From Tubulanus polymorphus (Eukaryota; Animalia; Nemertea), in contig NC_134034.1 in NCBI RefSeq assembly GCF_964204645.1, forward strand, positions 8,940,962-9,004,961: 64,000 nt of DNA, given 5' to 3'. The notes under the pieces were generated by a model that worked only from the letters and a program-made list of their open reading frames with translations, did no database searches and was not told where the DNA came from. The position numbers were made by a program, and so were the translations under genes. Every line of letters begins with the position of its first letter. Positions within the stretch are counted from its first letter, which is position 1. This document shows, one piece after another, positions 12,825 through 24,700 of the stretch.

Positions 12825-13515
12825 TTTGGAATATTATAGAAACTAATTTATATATCTATGTACTAGACGTACGAGTAAGAAAGTAAGATTCTTGCCAAGA
12901 AAGTAAGAAAGTAAGAATCTTGGTAAGAATTCTTACGTACGTCTAGTATATAGATATATAAATTAGTTTTATAATAATTATTCTAAATTTAAATTATAAA
13001 AATGAATAAATTATATGTTTTCTCTTAATAAAAATAAAAATAGATTATATTATAACTATTTCTATACTTAGATTAATAATTTTATGTTTTTAATTTTTAT
13101 GAAAACTAAATTATATATCTATGTACTAGACGTACGAGTAAGAAAGTAAGATTCTTGCCAAGAAAGTAAGAAAGTAAGAATCTTGGTAAGACTTCTTACG
13201 TACGTCTAGTATATAGATATATAAATTAGTTTTATAATAATTATTCTAAATTTAAATTATAAAAATGAATAAATTATATGTTTTCTCTTAATAAAAATAA
13301 AAATAGATTATATTATAACTATTTCTATACTTAGATTAATAATTTTATGTTTTTAATTTTTATGAAAACTAAATCTATGTACTAGACGTACGAGTAAGAA
13401 AGTAAGATTCTTGCTAAGAAAGTAAGATTTCTTGGATTCTTGGATTCTTACCAAGATACTTACGTACGTCTAGTATAAAGTTATATAAATTAGTTTTATA
13501 ATAATTATTCTAATT
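12825..13515. repeat. ~263-bp tandem repeat (about 2.6 units), each unit with a long imperfect hairpin
   Basis: TACTAGACGTACG starts at 12861, 13124 and 13380. Each pairs with a downstream CGTACGTCTAGTA around a loop of AAGAAAGT repeats. Confidence 0.92.
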
Positions 13516-13548
13516 TTGTTTCTAATATATTTATAAAATCATCTTTGT

Positions 13549-14715
13549 TTAATCTAATTCACCAAAAGTCTTAGGTAGATTTATTAATTTTAATTGAGCC
13601 ATCTTAACATAATTATTAGTAGGTAAATTAGCTTTTTCTCTTAATTTTTCTAAGTATTCATCAAAATCATCATAATCAAAATCAAAATGATATCCAAAAT
13701 TAGTTATCAGATAATTTAAATCTATTTTTCTTAAATATAATAATTTATATATTTGTTTAGGATTATCTTCTGCATGAGCTAATAATTTATCAAATAACAA
13801 CTTATAGAATATATAATATTGGTTAGTTTTAGGATTGAAATATTTGATATATTTCTCTGGGTTATTTAACAATGGTATCATACTCACCATTTTATAAACA
13901 TTAATTAGATGTAACTTTGATTTATAATGAGTATTTTCATCAACAGGTTCAATTTTCTTATTACATTATTGACACATTTTATTTCTTTCTATTTCTTCTA
14001 ATTTCTTTTCATTTTCTATATGCGCTTGAGATTTTTTATGTTTAGAAAAATTACTTTTAGAAATATCTAAATTACAAATGTTACAATGTTTTTTAGAATC
14101 ATCAATTGTTTCATTATCATTAGTTTCAATTGTATCAACATTATCTGTTATATTATCTATGGTATCATTTGTTTCAATTGTATTAACATTATCTGTTATA
14201 TTATCTATGGTATCATTTGTATCAATTGTATTAACATTATCTGTTATATTATCTATGGTATCATTTGTTTCAATTGTATTAACATTATCTATGATATTAT
14301 CTATTATATTATTATCAGATATATTATTATCATTATTATTCTTTTCTTTTTCTATATGTTTATTTGATTTCTTATGTGATGCCCAATTTTTATATGATAT
14401 ATATTTCTTACATACATCACAATATTTTTCATTTGTCTTTTTGGTTTTGATATCAGGTTCAATCTTATCATTATTAGATGTAGTAGGTATTATATTATTA
14501 GATGTAGAAGGTATTACATTATTATCAATTACATTACTTAAATTATCAACAACTTCACTTTTATTATTATCGATTTCTATTAGTTTAGTTTTATAAATTT
14601 TGAAAATAGGATCAAATATCAAAGCTATATTACAAGGTATTACATAATATAAACCATCATTATTTTCATGTGTATCGATGTATGGAATATGTTTATATAC
14701 TTTACCTCCTTCCAT
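13549..14715 (-). pseudogene. Multi-C2H2 zinc-finger protein with a 16-aa tandem repeat; ORFs 13966-14715 and 13549-13890 are probably one disrupted gene
   Basis: Fingers CDVC...HKKSNKH and CNIC...HKKSQAH, and TNDTIDNITDNVNTIE repeats. The stop at 13966 falls inside a third finger (MCQ*CNKK...THYK..LH). Confidence 0.6.
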
Positions 14716-14747
14716 TTATTATATATATTTTTATTAAAGTTAAAATT

Positions 14748-15995
14748 TTAATACATAACACTATCTAATTGTGAATTTACAATATTTAATTGCGCGTCAG
14801 ATATAATATAAATGTGCATTTTAAAATTTTTGATTCCTTTATTCTTTGTCATGAATAATTGTATTCCATCTTTAGTGTTCTGTAGTTTTTTTCCAGAACC
14901 ATGTAATGAATTATCCTCTGTTGTTCTAAAATCTAACCATAATGCATATTTATTACCGGTATAATAATCAATTTGATTAATCTTACAATTTTCAGATGAT
15001 TTTACTTTTTCATTCATAAAATGTTTTCTAATTTCTGGCCATTGATCAATCATTCTCATTCCTTGACAAAATATTTTATTTGCTATTCCTTCGATAGTTA
15101 TTTCTACTTTTGTTATTTCAGGATTATAATAATTATCAACATTTATTGCGCCATTAGTATATGTTGCAATGGTAAAAAATATTAATATGCCTTTAATAGA
15201 TCTTCTTGGGAAGTTAATATTCTCATTAATTATTTCATCATTTGCATTAATAGTTACGGTTTTAAATTTATCAATATCATCATATAATAATGAACATCCT
15301 TGATTGTATTTAGTTTGAATTATACTTGAAATATTTTCATCAGTTACTGTATCATATTCTAAACATATATTCGATAATTTATAACTCATATCTTTAACAA
15401 CGCTAGATAATACAATTTCATTTACAGGAGCAAATGTTATCTCAAATATAATATCTTCTTGAATTGCGTATTTATATAAAGGTGCATTATTATTTATCAA
15501 TTCAAAGTCTAATGGAATTTTATATTTGCTTCCATATATACTTTTTATCAATTTATCTACAGCATTAGTTAATATTGCGCTATTAGCTTCTGATCTTAAT
15601 TTATTTTGGTTTTCTGATTGGATGCCTTGAAATATCATATTATTTCTATTTTCTTTAGTTAACCATAAATCTTTATAATGCATAAATAAATTATAATCAT
15701 CTAATGAGAAAACTGTTTCTGGACCAATCTTTATAGTTAATTTTTTAATCAAATATCTTCCAACATTATCAACAACATAATTATTATTATTACCGATTAC
15801 TTTTATATCAGCCGATAAATAAATACTATTTGGAACATAACAAGTATTTTGTGTTAATCTCGGAATTCTAACATATAAAGTTTCATCGGGATTAATATTT
15901 GAAGGGTTATGAGTAATTATACGATGTGATCTTTCTGCTTTAATAGCATTAGATATTCTATGATTCTTAGAAGGATTGATATAACTCCCACTCAT
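14748..15995 (-). CDS. Major capsid protein (double jelly-roll, inferred)
   Basis: 415 aa with a beta-strand-like pattern. ITHNPSNI...VRIP, LEYD and LWLDFR motifs resemble MCPs of invertebrate Polintons. It is the most conserved large gene between A and C. Confidence 0.78.
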   Translation of the reverse strand: MSGSYINPSKNHRISNAIKAERSHRIITHNPSNINPDETLYVRIPRLTQNTCYVPNSIYLSADIKVIGNNNNYVVDNVGRYLIKKLTIKIGPETVFSLDDYNLFMHYKDLWLTKENRNNMIFQGIQSENQNKLRSEANSAILTNAVDKLIKSIYGSKYKIPLDFELINNNAPLYKYAIQEDIIFEITFAPVNEIVLSSVVKDMSYKLSNICLEYDTVTDENISSIIQTKYNQGCSLLYDDIDKFKTVTINANDEIINENINFPRRSIKGILIFFTIATYTNGAINVDNYYNPEITKVEITIEGIANKIFCQGMRMIDQWPEIRKHFMNEKVKSSENCKINQIDYYTGNKYALWLDFRTTEDNSLHGSGKKLQNTKDGIQLFMTKNKGIKNFKMHIYIISDAQLNIVNSQLDSVMY

Positions 15996-16035
15996 TTATT
16001 TAACAAAAAAATTAATTATTTATTTTTTATCAGGT

Positions 16036-17724
16036 TTACTTGATATTTTTTGATATCATGTTTACTAATCCAAAAATAATAGCACTTACAACAGTTATTA
16101 GAAATAAAATGATATGTTCAGCAGCAAAGTTAATAATGTTTCCTGCAGATTTCAATATAAAACCAACAATTGAAGCAATAACTCCAGGTAAAGCTGCAGC
16201 AGATTTTTTAGATAGTTCCCATAAATATTTTGCTAATTTCTTTAAACCATCTTTAACTCTATGTTGTATAGAATTATTACCTGGGGGTTTATCCGGTTTG
16301 TTAGGAGTGGGAGTAGGAGTAGATTTTAAAGCATTTGATATAGCTAAACCAATTGTTGTAAATAACATAGTTACAGCTGTTAGAATTGAAAGAATTGTTA
16401 TTCCTTCTAACTTAAATAATAATTTTATTCTGTCTTTTAATGATATTTCAGAATCTGGTTTAATCAACAAATCTTTACAAATAACTTTTAATTTTTTAAT
16501 ATGATTAAGATCATATGATTTTAATAATATATCTCTTTCTTCTTTTTGTAATTTTATGTTATATTCTAAATCATCTATTTCTTTTTCTAAAGCTAACTTT
16601 CTGCTTTCATAATCAACTTCATAAATTACATTAAGATCTCTATTTAATTCTAATTGTTTTAATTCTTCATCTGCATTAGTTATTTCTTTTTCTAACATGG
16701 TTATTTTAGAAAATCTCATCTTAATATTAGCAATTTCATCAGTTGATACTTGTATACCTTTAATTTCTCTACGTATTTGTTCAGGAAATGTTTCTAATTC
16801 TTCATCAGTTAAATTAAGAAATCCTTTTTCTAGTAAATATTGCAGTCGATTTATTCCATCACTATTCATCAGTTCTTCTGAATCTCTTAATCTATCAATT
16901 TGTTTTTCTAATTGTAATTGACTTGAATAATTATCAATTTGTTGAGTGTCTCTTCTCGATGTTTCGGGTGTTGAAGATCTTAATCTATCTAACCGATCTC
17001 TATTCTCTTCCATTTCTGGATCAAAATCAGTAGGATTTAGATTTTTAAATGGATTTTTAAATGGTGAATATTTGTTTATATCAATTTTAGGAATTGGTTC
17101 TTCATTTATTCTATCGAGTGCATTCCATATAATTCTTAGAAATTCTGCGCCACCTTTTGAACGTTCAATTGTAGATCTTGCTAACATTTCAGGTTCAAAA
17201 ATATTTTCTTGACCCATTTTAGATAATTGTATTGATGCAGTTTTGTTATTTAATTCAACATTATAATACCATGAATCATTTTTAAATTCTAAATTATTCG
17301 TGAAATATGGGTCATCTTTAAAAATTTGTTCTACAACATCTTCAGTATCAATTTCATCTATTACAACTATTGGTAATAATTCGTTAACAATTGTATCTGT
17401 TACTCTAGATTTCATTTTAAATAATTCCAAACGTTCATCAGGATATTTTTCTTGTTGTTTTACTAATAGTTTCATAAATTCTTCTCTTTCTCTTCTAGTT
17501 GAAATTCTACCAATTTCAGGAGCTTTTAAATATTTATTTAATTGTTCACGTAATTCGGGATCATCATCATAATCATCATCATAATCATCACCTAAATTAG
17601 TATTATATTCTGGCTCATTATCATCATTAAAACTTGTTTCACTAAAATCAGGTGGTTGTTCATCACTTATACCAGGTTCATCTAAAGGATCCATTGGAAT
17701 ATCTTCTCCACCTTCTACATCCAT
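16036..17724 (-). CDS. Large acidic/coiled-coil protein with C-terminal hydrophobic segments (putative virion membrane protein)
   Basis: 562 aa. GITILSILTAVTMLFTTIGLAI and IILFLITVVSAIIFGLV segments. Homologue at 48513-49949. Confidence 0.8.
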   Translation of the reverse strand: MDVEGGEDIPMDPLDEPGISDEQPPDFSETSFNDDNEPEYNTNLGDDYDDDYDDDPELREQLNKYLKAPEIGRISTRREREEFMKLLVKQQEKYPDERLELFKMKSRVTDTIVNELLPIVVIDEIDTEDVVEQIFKDDPYFTNNLEFKNDSWYYNVELNNKTASIQLSKMGQENIFEPEMLARSTIERSKGGAEFLRIIWNALDRINEEPIPKIDINKYSPFKNPFKNLNPTDFDPEMEENRDRLDRLRSSTPETSRRDTQQIDNYSSQLQLEKQIDRLRDSEELMNSDGINRLQYLLEKGFLNLTDEELETFPEQIRREIKGIQVSTDEIANIKMRFSKITMLEKEITNADEELKQLELNRDLNVIYEVDYESRKLALEKEIDDLEYNIKLQKEERDILLKSYDLNHIKKLKVICKDLLIKPDSEISLKDRIKLLFKLEGITILSILTAVTMLFTTIGLAISNALKSTPTPTPNKPDKPPGNNSIQHRVKDGLKKLAKYLWELSKKSAAALPGVIASIVGFILKSAGNIINFAAEHIILFLITVVSAIIFGLVNMISKNIK

Positions 17725-17740
17725 TTACATAATAAAAAAA

Positions 17741-19120
17741 TTAAAATTTAAAATATAATATTCCTCCGATTACAATTCCTATACAAGTTATAGCTAATTT
17801 AGTATTTTCATGGGATTTATTATCATCATTAGTTTTAATTATATCATGTTGAATAATATCGGTTCTATTATTTTCTGATGTATTATAATCTTTTATTTTA
17901 GAATCATTATTTAATTTAATATTCTTAGTTTTAGTTTCAGTTGATTGAATGTGTTTTTTATTTTTTTCGCCTTCCATTAATTTTGGAGCAGTAATAATCT
18001 TTTTATTTATATCATTCAATCCAAATGAATTATTTATTGTTGCAGTTTTAATTAGATTATTGTAACCAATTATATTTCCCATCTTTAATACTAAATCATT
18101 AGAAATAATTAATAGATTAGGGCCTATACAATAATTAAGTCTTACATGAGATTTATCTAAATAATTTTGATATCTTATAATGTTTTCTGGAATCGATCTA
18201 TTTTTATCATTATGAATGGAATCTTCAAATAAAACTTTAAATTGTTTCTGTGTATCAAATGATGTATTTAAATTTCCAATTATTGGTGATCTTGGTGCAC
18301 CTAAAATACATATCAAATAAGTTCTAATAGATCGATTTATTCTTTGTATACCTGATTTAGTAAAACCTTCACTATTTTCTAAAATAAAATAAACCCAACC
18401 ATTATTGTTTTCTTGTTTTAAATTATCATAAAATTTCGGTAATTTATTGAAATTTAATGTTTCTAAATCCTTAGTTTCTATTTTACCATAACCTAATTTA
18501 TTATTATAAATATTATAAAAGCTATTAGATGGTATGGGAAGTGCGCAATATGCTGCAACATTTTCAGGGCAAGGAAGTGATCTTATTGTTCCAATTTTTG
18601 TTCTAAAATCAGAATTATTTATATCTATATCAAATTCATTACAAATTTTATAAAACTTTGATAAATTAATATTATTATCTAATTCTTTAAAATATCTAGA
18701 TCCTGGTAAAGCACACTCTAATTCATTTAATATTATTCTGATTTGAAAGTATGTATGAAATCTAAATAAACTATGAATTAATTTATGTTTAGAATTATTC
18801 AAATGATCATTCCAACTTATTCCACATCCTGTTGTTGCACAATAAACAGCAAAATTTAATTGGTTCTGCCAATACTTCATATTAGATTTTAATAACCATT
18901 GTTTTTCATCTTTCAATTTTTTAAAATTAATTAAATATACATGAAATATATTTTCCATCTTTGCATTAAAATTATTAGTTTCAGTAACATAAATTTCTAA
19001 ATTAGTTAATGAATCTAAAACTTCATTTCTATATGTAATATCTTTATTAAAATCTATTGCTGGAATATTATATTTAATTGATTTATTATATTGGAAAGCT
19101 TTTGGAAAACTATCTACCAT
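17741..19120 (-). CDS. Conserved Polinton protein (WQNQLNFAVYCATTGCGIS motif) with a C-terminal membrane anchor
   Basis: 459-aa open frame. Homologue at 49966-51267. Ends LAITCIGIVIGGILYFKF. Confidence 0.8.
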   Translation of the reverse strand: MVDSFPKAFQYNKSIKYNIPAIDFNKDITYRNEVLDSLTNLEIYVTETNNFNAKMENIFHVYLINFKKLKDEKQWLLKSNMKYWQNQLNFAVYCATTGCGISWNDHLNNSKHKLIHSLFRFHTYFQIRIILNELECALPGSRYFKELDNNINLSKFYKICNEFDIDINNSDFRTKIGTIRSLPCPENVAAYCALPIPSNSFYNIYNNKLGYGKIETKDLETLNFNKLPKFYDNLKQENNNGWVYFILENSEGFTKSGIQRINRSIRTYLICILGAPRSPIIGNLNTSFDTQKQFKVLFEDSIHNDKNRSIPENIIRYQNYLDKSHVRLNYCIGPNLLIISNDLVLKMGNIIGYNNLIKTATINNSFGLNDINKKIITAPKLMEGEKNKKHIQSTETKTKNIKLNNDSKIKDYNTSENNRTDIIQHDIIKTNDDNKSHENTKLAITCIGIVIGGILYFKF

Positions 19121-19136
19121 TTATTTAATAAAAAAA

Positions 19137-19555
19137 TTAATAATTTATTAATTCTTTTAATAATTTATCTTGTTCTTCAACTGTTATATGGCCATTTAAA
19201 CTTATTATATAATCTTGTGTGTTCTTTAATTTATTAATTTCTTTTATATTAGTTTTAATTTTTTCTTTATTACTTTTTATATTTAATTTTGAACTTATAC
19301 CAGTTAAAACACTTGAACTTAATCCTAATACACCAATTGATATAGCTAAAGGTGTTAATGGACTGAATATTGCTAAAAATGTTATTACAGAACTAATTAT
19401 AACCGAACCACTTATAATCAAATAATATATAATTTTACTTTTTAGATATTTTTTCTTTTTTATCTTTAAGTCACTTTCAAATTCTAATATGTTTTTAATT
19501 TAGTTTTATTTATATCATGAGGAATAATATCAATACTATCAACTTTATCTTCCAT
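19137..19555 (-). pseudogene. Two-helix membrane protein frameshifted by a 16-bp deletion
   Basis: TAAATG start at 19555. Lacks TTGTTTTTCTAAATAT, which is present in the C copy (~51638-51653). Confidence 0.8.
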
Positions 19556-19575
19556 TTATTTAGCAAAAAAAATTA

Positions 19576-19998
19576 CTAATTAGTAAATTTATATGCTACA
19601 AATATAACAATAACTGTTCCACCTAAAATCCAAATTATTTCATATTTCTGTTGTTCTTTACTTGGGGTATAATAATCTGATAATTTAGGTTTGTGTAGAT
19701 GTAATTTTTCTTTATTGGTTACCGCGTTATATAAACTCATAGCTTCATCAACTGATTGAAAATCTCTATGTGAAATCTTCTGATCATATAATTCTTTGTT
19801 AATATAATCCATATAGTTTTGCCTCTTTTCTCTATATTCTTCTGCTGCTTTATTATATTTCTCTAACGCTAAGTTATGTCTTCTTTGTTCTCCTAATGAA
19901 CTATTTTTATCAATATGCTTAAATAAATATCCACCTCCAGTAAATGCTAAAGCGTTAACAATTGCCGATCCTATAATAGTTATAATTGCAGAAGCCAT
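19576..19998 (-). CDS. Small hydrophobic structural-module protein (MASAIITIIGSAIVNALAFTGG)
   Basis: 140 aa with hydrophobic N- and C-termini. Nearly identical to 51738-52160. Confidence 0.85.
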   Translation of the reverse strand: MASAIITIIGSAIVNALAFTGGGYLFKHIDKNSSLGEQRRHNLALEKYNKAAEEYREKRQNYMDYINKELYDQKISHRDFQSVDEAMSLYNAVTNKEKLHLHKPKLSDYYTPSKEQQKYEIIWILGGTVIVIFVAYKFTN

Positions 19999-20022
19999 TT
20001 ATTTAGTAAAAAAATTATGCAT

Positions 20023-20244
20023 TTATATGGGAGGAATATATTTTTGTTTTTCCAAATAATCAATAGTTAAATTAGATAAAGTAACTGCTAATGTTAATTT
20101 TAAAATATCATTTATATCAAATCTATCAACATTAACACTTCCCATTTTGAATACTTTTTTTAATACAATTGAATAACCAACAGTTCCAACTGATAGTAAT
20201 GCTCCATTATATAATCCAGTTATTATCAACTTATTATCACTCAT
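20023..20244 (-). CDS. 73-aa hydrophobic protein
   Basis: TAAATG start. Nearly identical to 52189-52410. Confidence 0.8.
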   Translation of the reverse strand: MSDNKLIITGLYNGALLSVGTVGYSIVLKKVFKMGSVNVDRFDINDILKLTLAVTLSNLTIDYLEKQKYIPPI

Positions 20245-20601
20245 TTATTTATCAAAAAAATTACTATCATCAAAATATTTAGTTATCTTATTTATGATTA
20301 TTTCAACATTTATTTCATTACTAGTTTCATTTGTATATATTTCAATTATTATTTTTTTAATATCATCGATGATAAAATCTTCATCTAATTCATAAAATCT
20401 TAAAGATTCTCTAATTAAATTAGTAATCTTTTCTACATTTAAAGTTTCTTTATCTATTGTTGTTTCATACTCAAATGTTGTTTCATTAGAAAATGCAATA
20501 TTTTTGATGTGTGTAATTACATCATTAATGTTAAATTTCATTTCTTTCTCACGTTTAAAATCAAACCCAAAACAGATACTCGGTCCAACAGTTATATTCA
20601 T
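20245..20601 (-). CDS. 118-aa acidic protein, function unknown
   Basis: TAAATG start. Nearly identical to 52411-52767. Confidence 0.8.
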   Translation of the reverse strand: MNITVGPSICFGFDFKREKEMKFNINDVITHIKNIAFSNETTFEYETTIDKETLNVEKITNLIRESLRFYELDEDFIIDDIKKIIIEIYTNETSNEINVEIIINKITKYFDDSNFFDK

Positions 20602-20618
20602 TTATATAATGAAAAAAA

Positions 20619-21381
20619 TTACTTTCTACATCTTATAACTAATTCATAAAATACAGGGAAATTATTTAAATCAATTAAGTATCCATTATGATTTCTAATT
20701 TCTAATCTAAAATTATTAAAACGAGGAATGCATGGTTTGAAATCACATTCTGTTAGATTATAATTTATTTGCGTTCCAAATTCTTTAACATTCTTCAATG
20801 GTAAAATGTTTAGTAAACCAGAATTACAAGTTATATCTTTAGTTGCTTCGAATGTTTTTGTAGGATAGATTAAATTGCAATAAATATAAAAATGTGTGTA
20901 AGGTATTAAGTTTGGTGTAGTAGCGTCAATATTTGTAAAAGATCTTTCTGGAAGAATTCCTAACAGTTTAGCTATAGGTTTTTTTTACCATAAATTTATG
21001 TTTTTCACTATTAGACAACCTTATCTTTATTCTATCAGAACTCTCACTTTTTAAAAATCTAATACTAAACCCAGAACTACTACCTAATTTGTGCCAGGCT
21101 TTTCTATTAATTTCTTGTGCCAATGTATCTAAATTATATAACCCTGGTTTTAAATATATATAGACCCATTCATTTTTATTTTTATTAAAAATTAAAAAAG
21201 CTCTATGTTCAATAGTTTTATTCGATATATTGTAAAAAGAATTACATAAACTTATATTAACTAATTTTAAATCAACACAATTTTTGAATTCTCTATCTAA
21301 TTGTACTAATAAATTATGTGATTTATAATTTGTAAGTTTTCTAGAATCTACAAATATTCTGTATTCTTTTAATTCTACCAT
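20619..21381 (-). pseudogene. Minor capsid protein (penton) pseudogene
   Basis: Colinear with 52784-53539. Frameshift in the T-run near 20980. Confidence 0.8.
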
Positions 21382-21398
21382 TTATTTTACATATTTTC

Positions 21399-21752
21399 TC
21401 ATTCGAAATCTATTTCATGGTGCCCTTTTTCATTCTTACCTTTGTATACGAAATAGAAATCTCCAGAACATAATTCTTCTAAATCTTCACTTGATAATCT
21501 ATGAAATCTATCTGGTAAATATGTTCTGAATTTATATGTATTTCCTTTTAATCCTTCATATTCTAAGTGTATAACTAATTTATCTCCATATTTGTTAGTA
21601 ACTGTATCAATATTTGTAATTAGATATTTCTTATGGATTGTTAATTCTGTTAACTTTTTGAATTTATAATCTACAGATTTTACATTTGTAGTATATTTAA
21701 TTCTATCTAGAAATGATTTGTTTTTCTCACTGTTTGCTTGTTTACTCTCCAT
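21399..21752 (-). CDS. Small conserved protein, possibly an OB-fold ssDNA-binding protein
   Basis: KKLTEL...TNKYGDKLV...YLPDRF...VYKGK. Homologues at 30697-31050 and 43018-43344. Lies immediately downstream of pPolB. The fold is inferred. Confidence 0.6.
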   Translation of the reverse strand: MESKQANSEKNKSFLDRIKYTTNVKSVDYKFKKLTELTIHKKYLITNIDTVTNKYGDKLVIHLEYEGLKGNTYKFRTYLPDRFHRLSSEDLEELCSGDFYFVYKGKNEKGHHEIDFE

Positions 21753-21781
21753 TTTAATAACATATTTTTATTAAAATTTGA

Positions 21782-24700
21782 TTAACACGTTAGAATTCTT
21801 TTCATTATCTCGTTCTCTTTTGTTTCTTCTCTTTTAAATTTTAAGTATTCATCTAAATTACAACCATAAGCAACTGTATGAATTCCATCATCTAAAATAT
21901 ATCTTTTATCATCAAATGGGTTTAGACTTATCTTTTCAATTTCTTCAATAAACATTTCATGATCTTCAGATCTTAAACATCTCATCTTATGTTTTCTAAC
22001 TTCTTCATTGAATATACAATTTATGTAATCTTTGAAATGAATATTCTTTTCTACTACACTTTTGGTTATTCCTTTTAACTTTTTAGCTTCATGTTCTTTA
22101 GTTTTATATGAATACATTTTAGATCTAATACCTATGAATTCAATCATTTCTTCACCGCCTAATTCATCTTTGAATTTACCGGGAACTTTTTTATTATCAT
22201 TGCTAAACAATTCATGATTTTTAGGATAGTTACTAAAATCAAAATGATGTTTTAATGTTTTTAAATCATCTGTTATGTTATCAGTTTTTATCTTTAATAT
22301 GTAAGAATCTGTATCAAAATATAATATTTCTATATGTTTTTCTCCAAAAAGTGGTTGTAATATATTATAATAGAATTCATACATTAGTAATTTTGATAAT
22401 TCTAAAACTGAAGCGCCGACATAGATTGGTTTATTAAATTTCATTGATGTTCTTCTCATTTTAACTGCGGCTAAATTTTCATCAAATATTCTGTTACCAA
22501 TGAACTTAGGATATGTTTGTAAATACCTTATCCTTTTGCCATTACTTACTAACTCAATATCATTTCTATTTCTAATATTTTCACAAGTCTTACCATAGAA
22601 TGCATTATTCATTAACTTGAAGAAATGTTTCTCGAAATCAGTTTTAGCTTCAGTTCTCTGTTTGGTGTTAAAATCTATATATTTTTCTAACCACTTACAT
22701 TGACTAAATGAAATATATCTATGTACTTTTTTTAGAATCATTCCTTGATTCAAATAGAATTTTAACATTCTATAATGTACTATATAATTATATTTATCTT
22801 CTTGAGTTACCATTAACTTTTCTGTATGAAAATGATTTTCGGGTTTAATTCTTTTTTGATAATTTGATAATTCTTCATGAGTTACAGTTTTATGTTCGGG
22901 ACAATAAGCTAGATTTCTAGATTTAAATTTAATATGTTCAGGATATTCTAAATCTACAACAAAGAAGTAACCAGTATCTGAATCATCTGCAATATCTAGA
23001 ATTCTTTTCTTCCAATCAAATTTATCATTATTTTCATTCTGTAAAACTTCACTTATTTCAAATACTCCATAAGGTTGTGGTTCCATCATTGCCCAACCAT
23101 ACAAATTATTTGCATTTTTATATAATAACTTATATCCATTTACATTGAAATATCTATCACCTAATACACCTGAAACACCTCCTCTTATAGATTTTTCAAA
23201 TAATAATAATTGATCTATATTTGTTAACAAATCAATTTTTATATTTGTAAATTTTAATCCACAATCCCATGTTAATCCTGGACTTGAATAACAATGACAA
23301 GGATCAATATTGAAATATTTTAGGTTTACATCTCTAAACCTTTCGAATATATCGGTTAATAATAATACATCCGATTTTAAATATATATCTACTAATTGCC
23401 CATGATTTTCTATTTTGAAATGATTCCAAATATTCAATGTTCTATTATAGACTTCATCTTTAACATATTCATTTTTTAATTCATCATAAAATTGTTCTTT
23501 CAATAATTCAGTTATGTTAAAATCATTATGTGATTTATAAAATGAATATGGAATTGCGCCTTTATATCTCATTAATTTAAAATCAATAATATTTGGGTAA
23601 TATTCTTTTAATATCTTAAATTCATCATCAACTAATGATTTTGATAAGTTATCTAATGAACTATTTAAAAATCTATATGAATCTATAAATCTTAGGCAAC
23701 CAAATTGGAATGATATATAATTCTCAGATGTTTTAGCTAACATTCTAAATTTATAAGTTGGTATTTTATCTTTTGATCTATTTGAATTTAATATTTCTAT
23801 TTCATTATTGATTTCTTCTATTTTATGACATAACTGTTTGATGAATAAATGTGCATCATATCCTGATAGATTATGAAATATAACTGGTACAAAGTTAATT
23901 TTCTTAGCTTGTAAGTTACAATTCTCATGTGCAGCGCCTCTAAACTTTCCGTTCAAATGATCATGGTCTCTTACTTTTTTATCTTTATAATTAAATATCT
24001 TTTCACAATAATAACATTTATCTGCAAACGCAAATGCTTCTTTATCTTCTTCTGTCATTATAATTTCTATATTTTTATTTAACTTTTCATTAAATTTTAT
24101 TTCATATTCAATTAATAAGTCACAAAAATGATTGATAACATTTTCATTTCTATAATCATAATATTCACTTTCAATTAGTTCTGGATAATCAGATTTAATA
24201 TATAACCCGAAAGCTGCAGCTGATTGATGAATCTTTTTAATAGTATTTGTTTTTGGCGGTTCTTCAGAATAATCATTTTCATTAGAATTTAATTTCTTCC
24301 TCTTATAATATATTTCTTTTCTATCTTGATCAGTTAGTTCTTTATTTAATGATTCAAAATCTCCATATATTACAAATGGTACTTTATTTTTGTAATCATA
24401 TTTTTTGAATTCTAATATTTTATCCTTTTCATTTGGTAAAACTAATTTACAATAATCATGATTTTCACATAATTGTTTATGATTTAATAATGTACTTTCA
24501 TTACTGAATCTATGTAAACATTTTCTACAAAGATATATTTTATGGTGATCATTTTCTGATTTAAAAAATAAATCGATTTGTTTAATCCACATATAATGAT
24601 TCTCATAATATAATATATCTATAACATCCTTTGAATCATAATCTTTTGATAGGTATAAAGGTTCTAATGTATAATGTTTTATATTGTTACCTTTTGTATT

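Noticed and set aside
8705-13515. Repeat arrays as possible CRISPR-like arrays
   Set aside because: The inter-repeat sequences are themselves repeated, so there are no unique spacers. The context is eukaryotic and no cas genes are present.
14078-17572. Plus-strand ORFs 14078, 14086, 16040, 16697, 16946, 17300 (also 19219, 48565, 51366, 56149)
   Set aside because: Antisense shadows of real minus-strand genes. They mostly have non-ATG starts and lack the TAAATG context.
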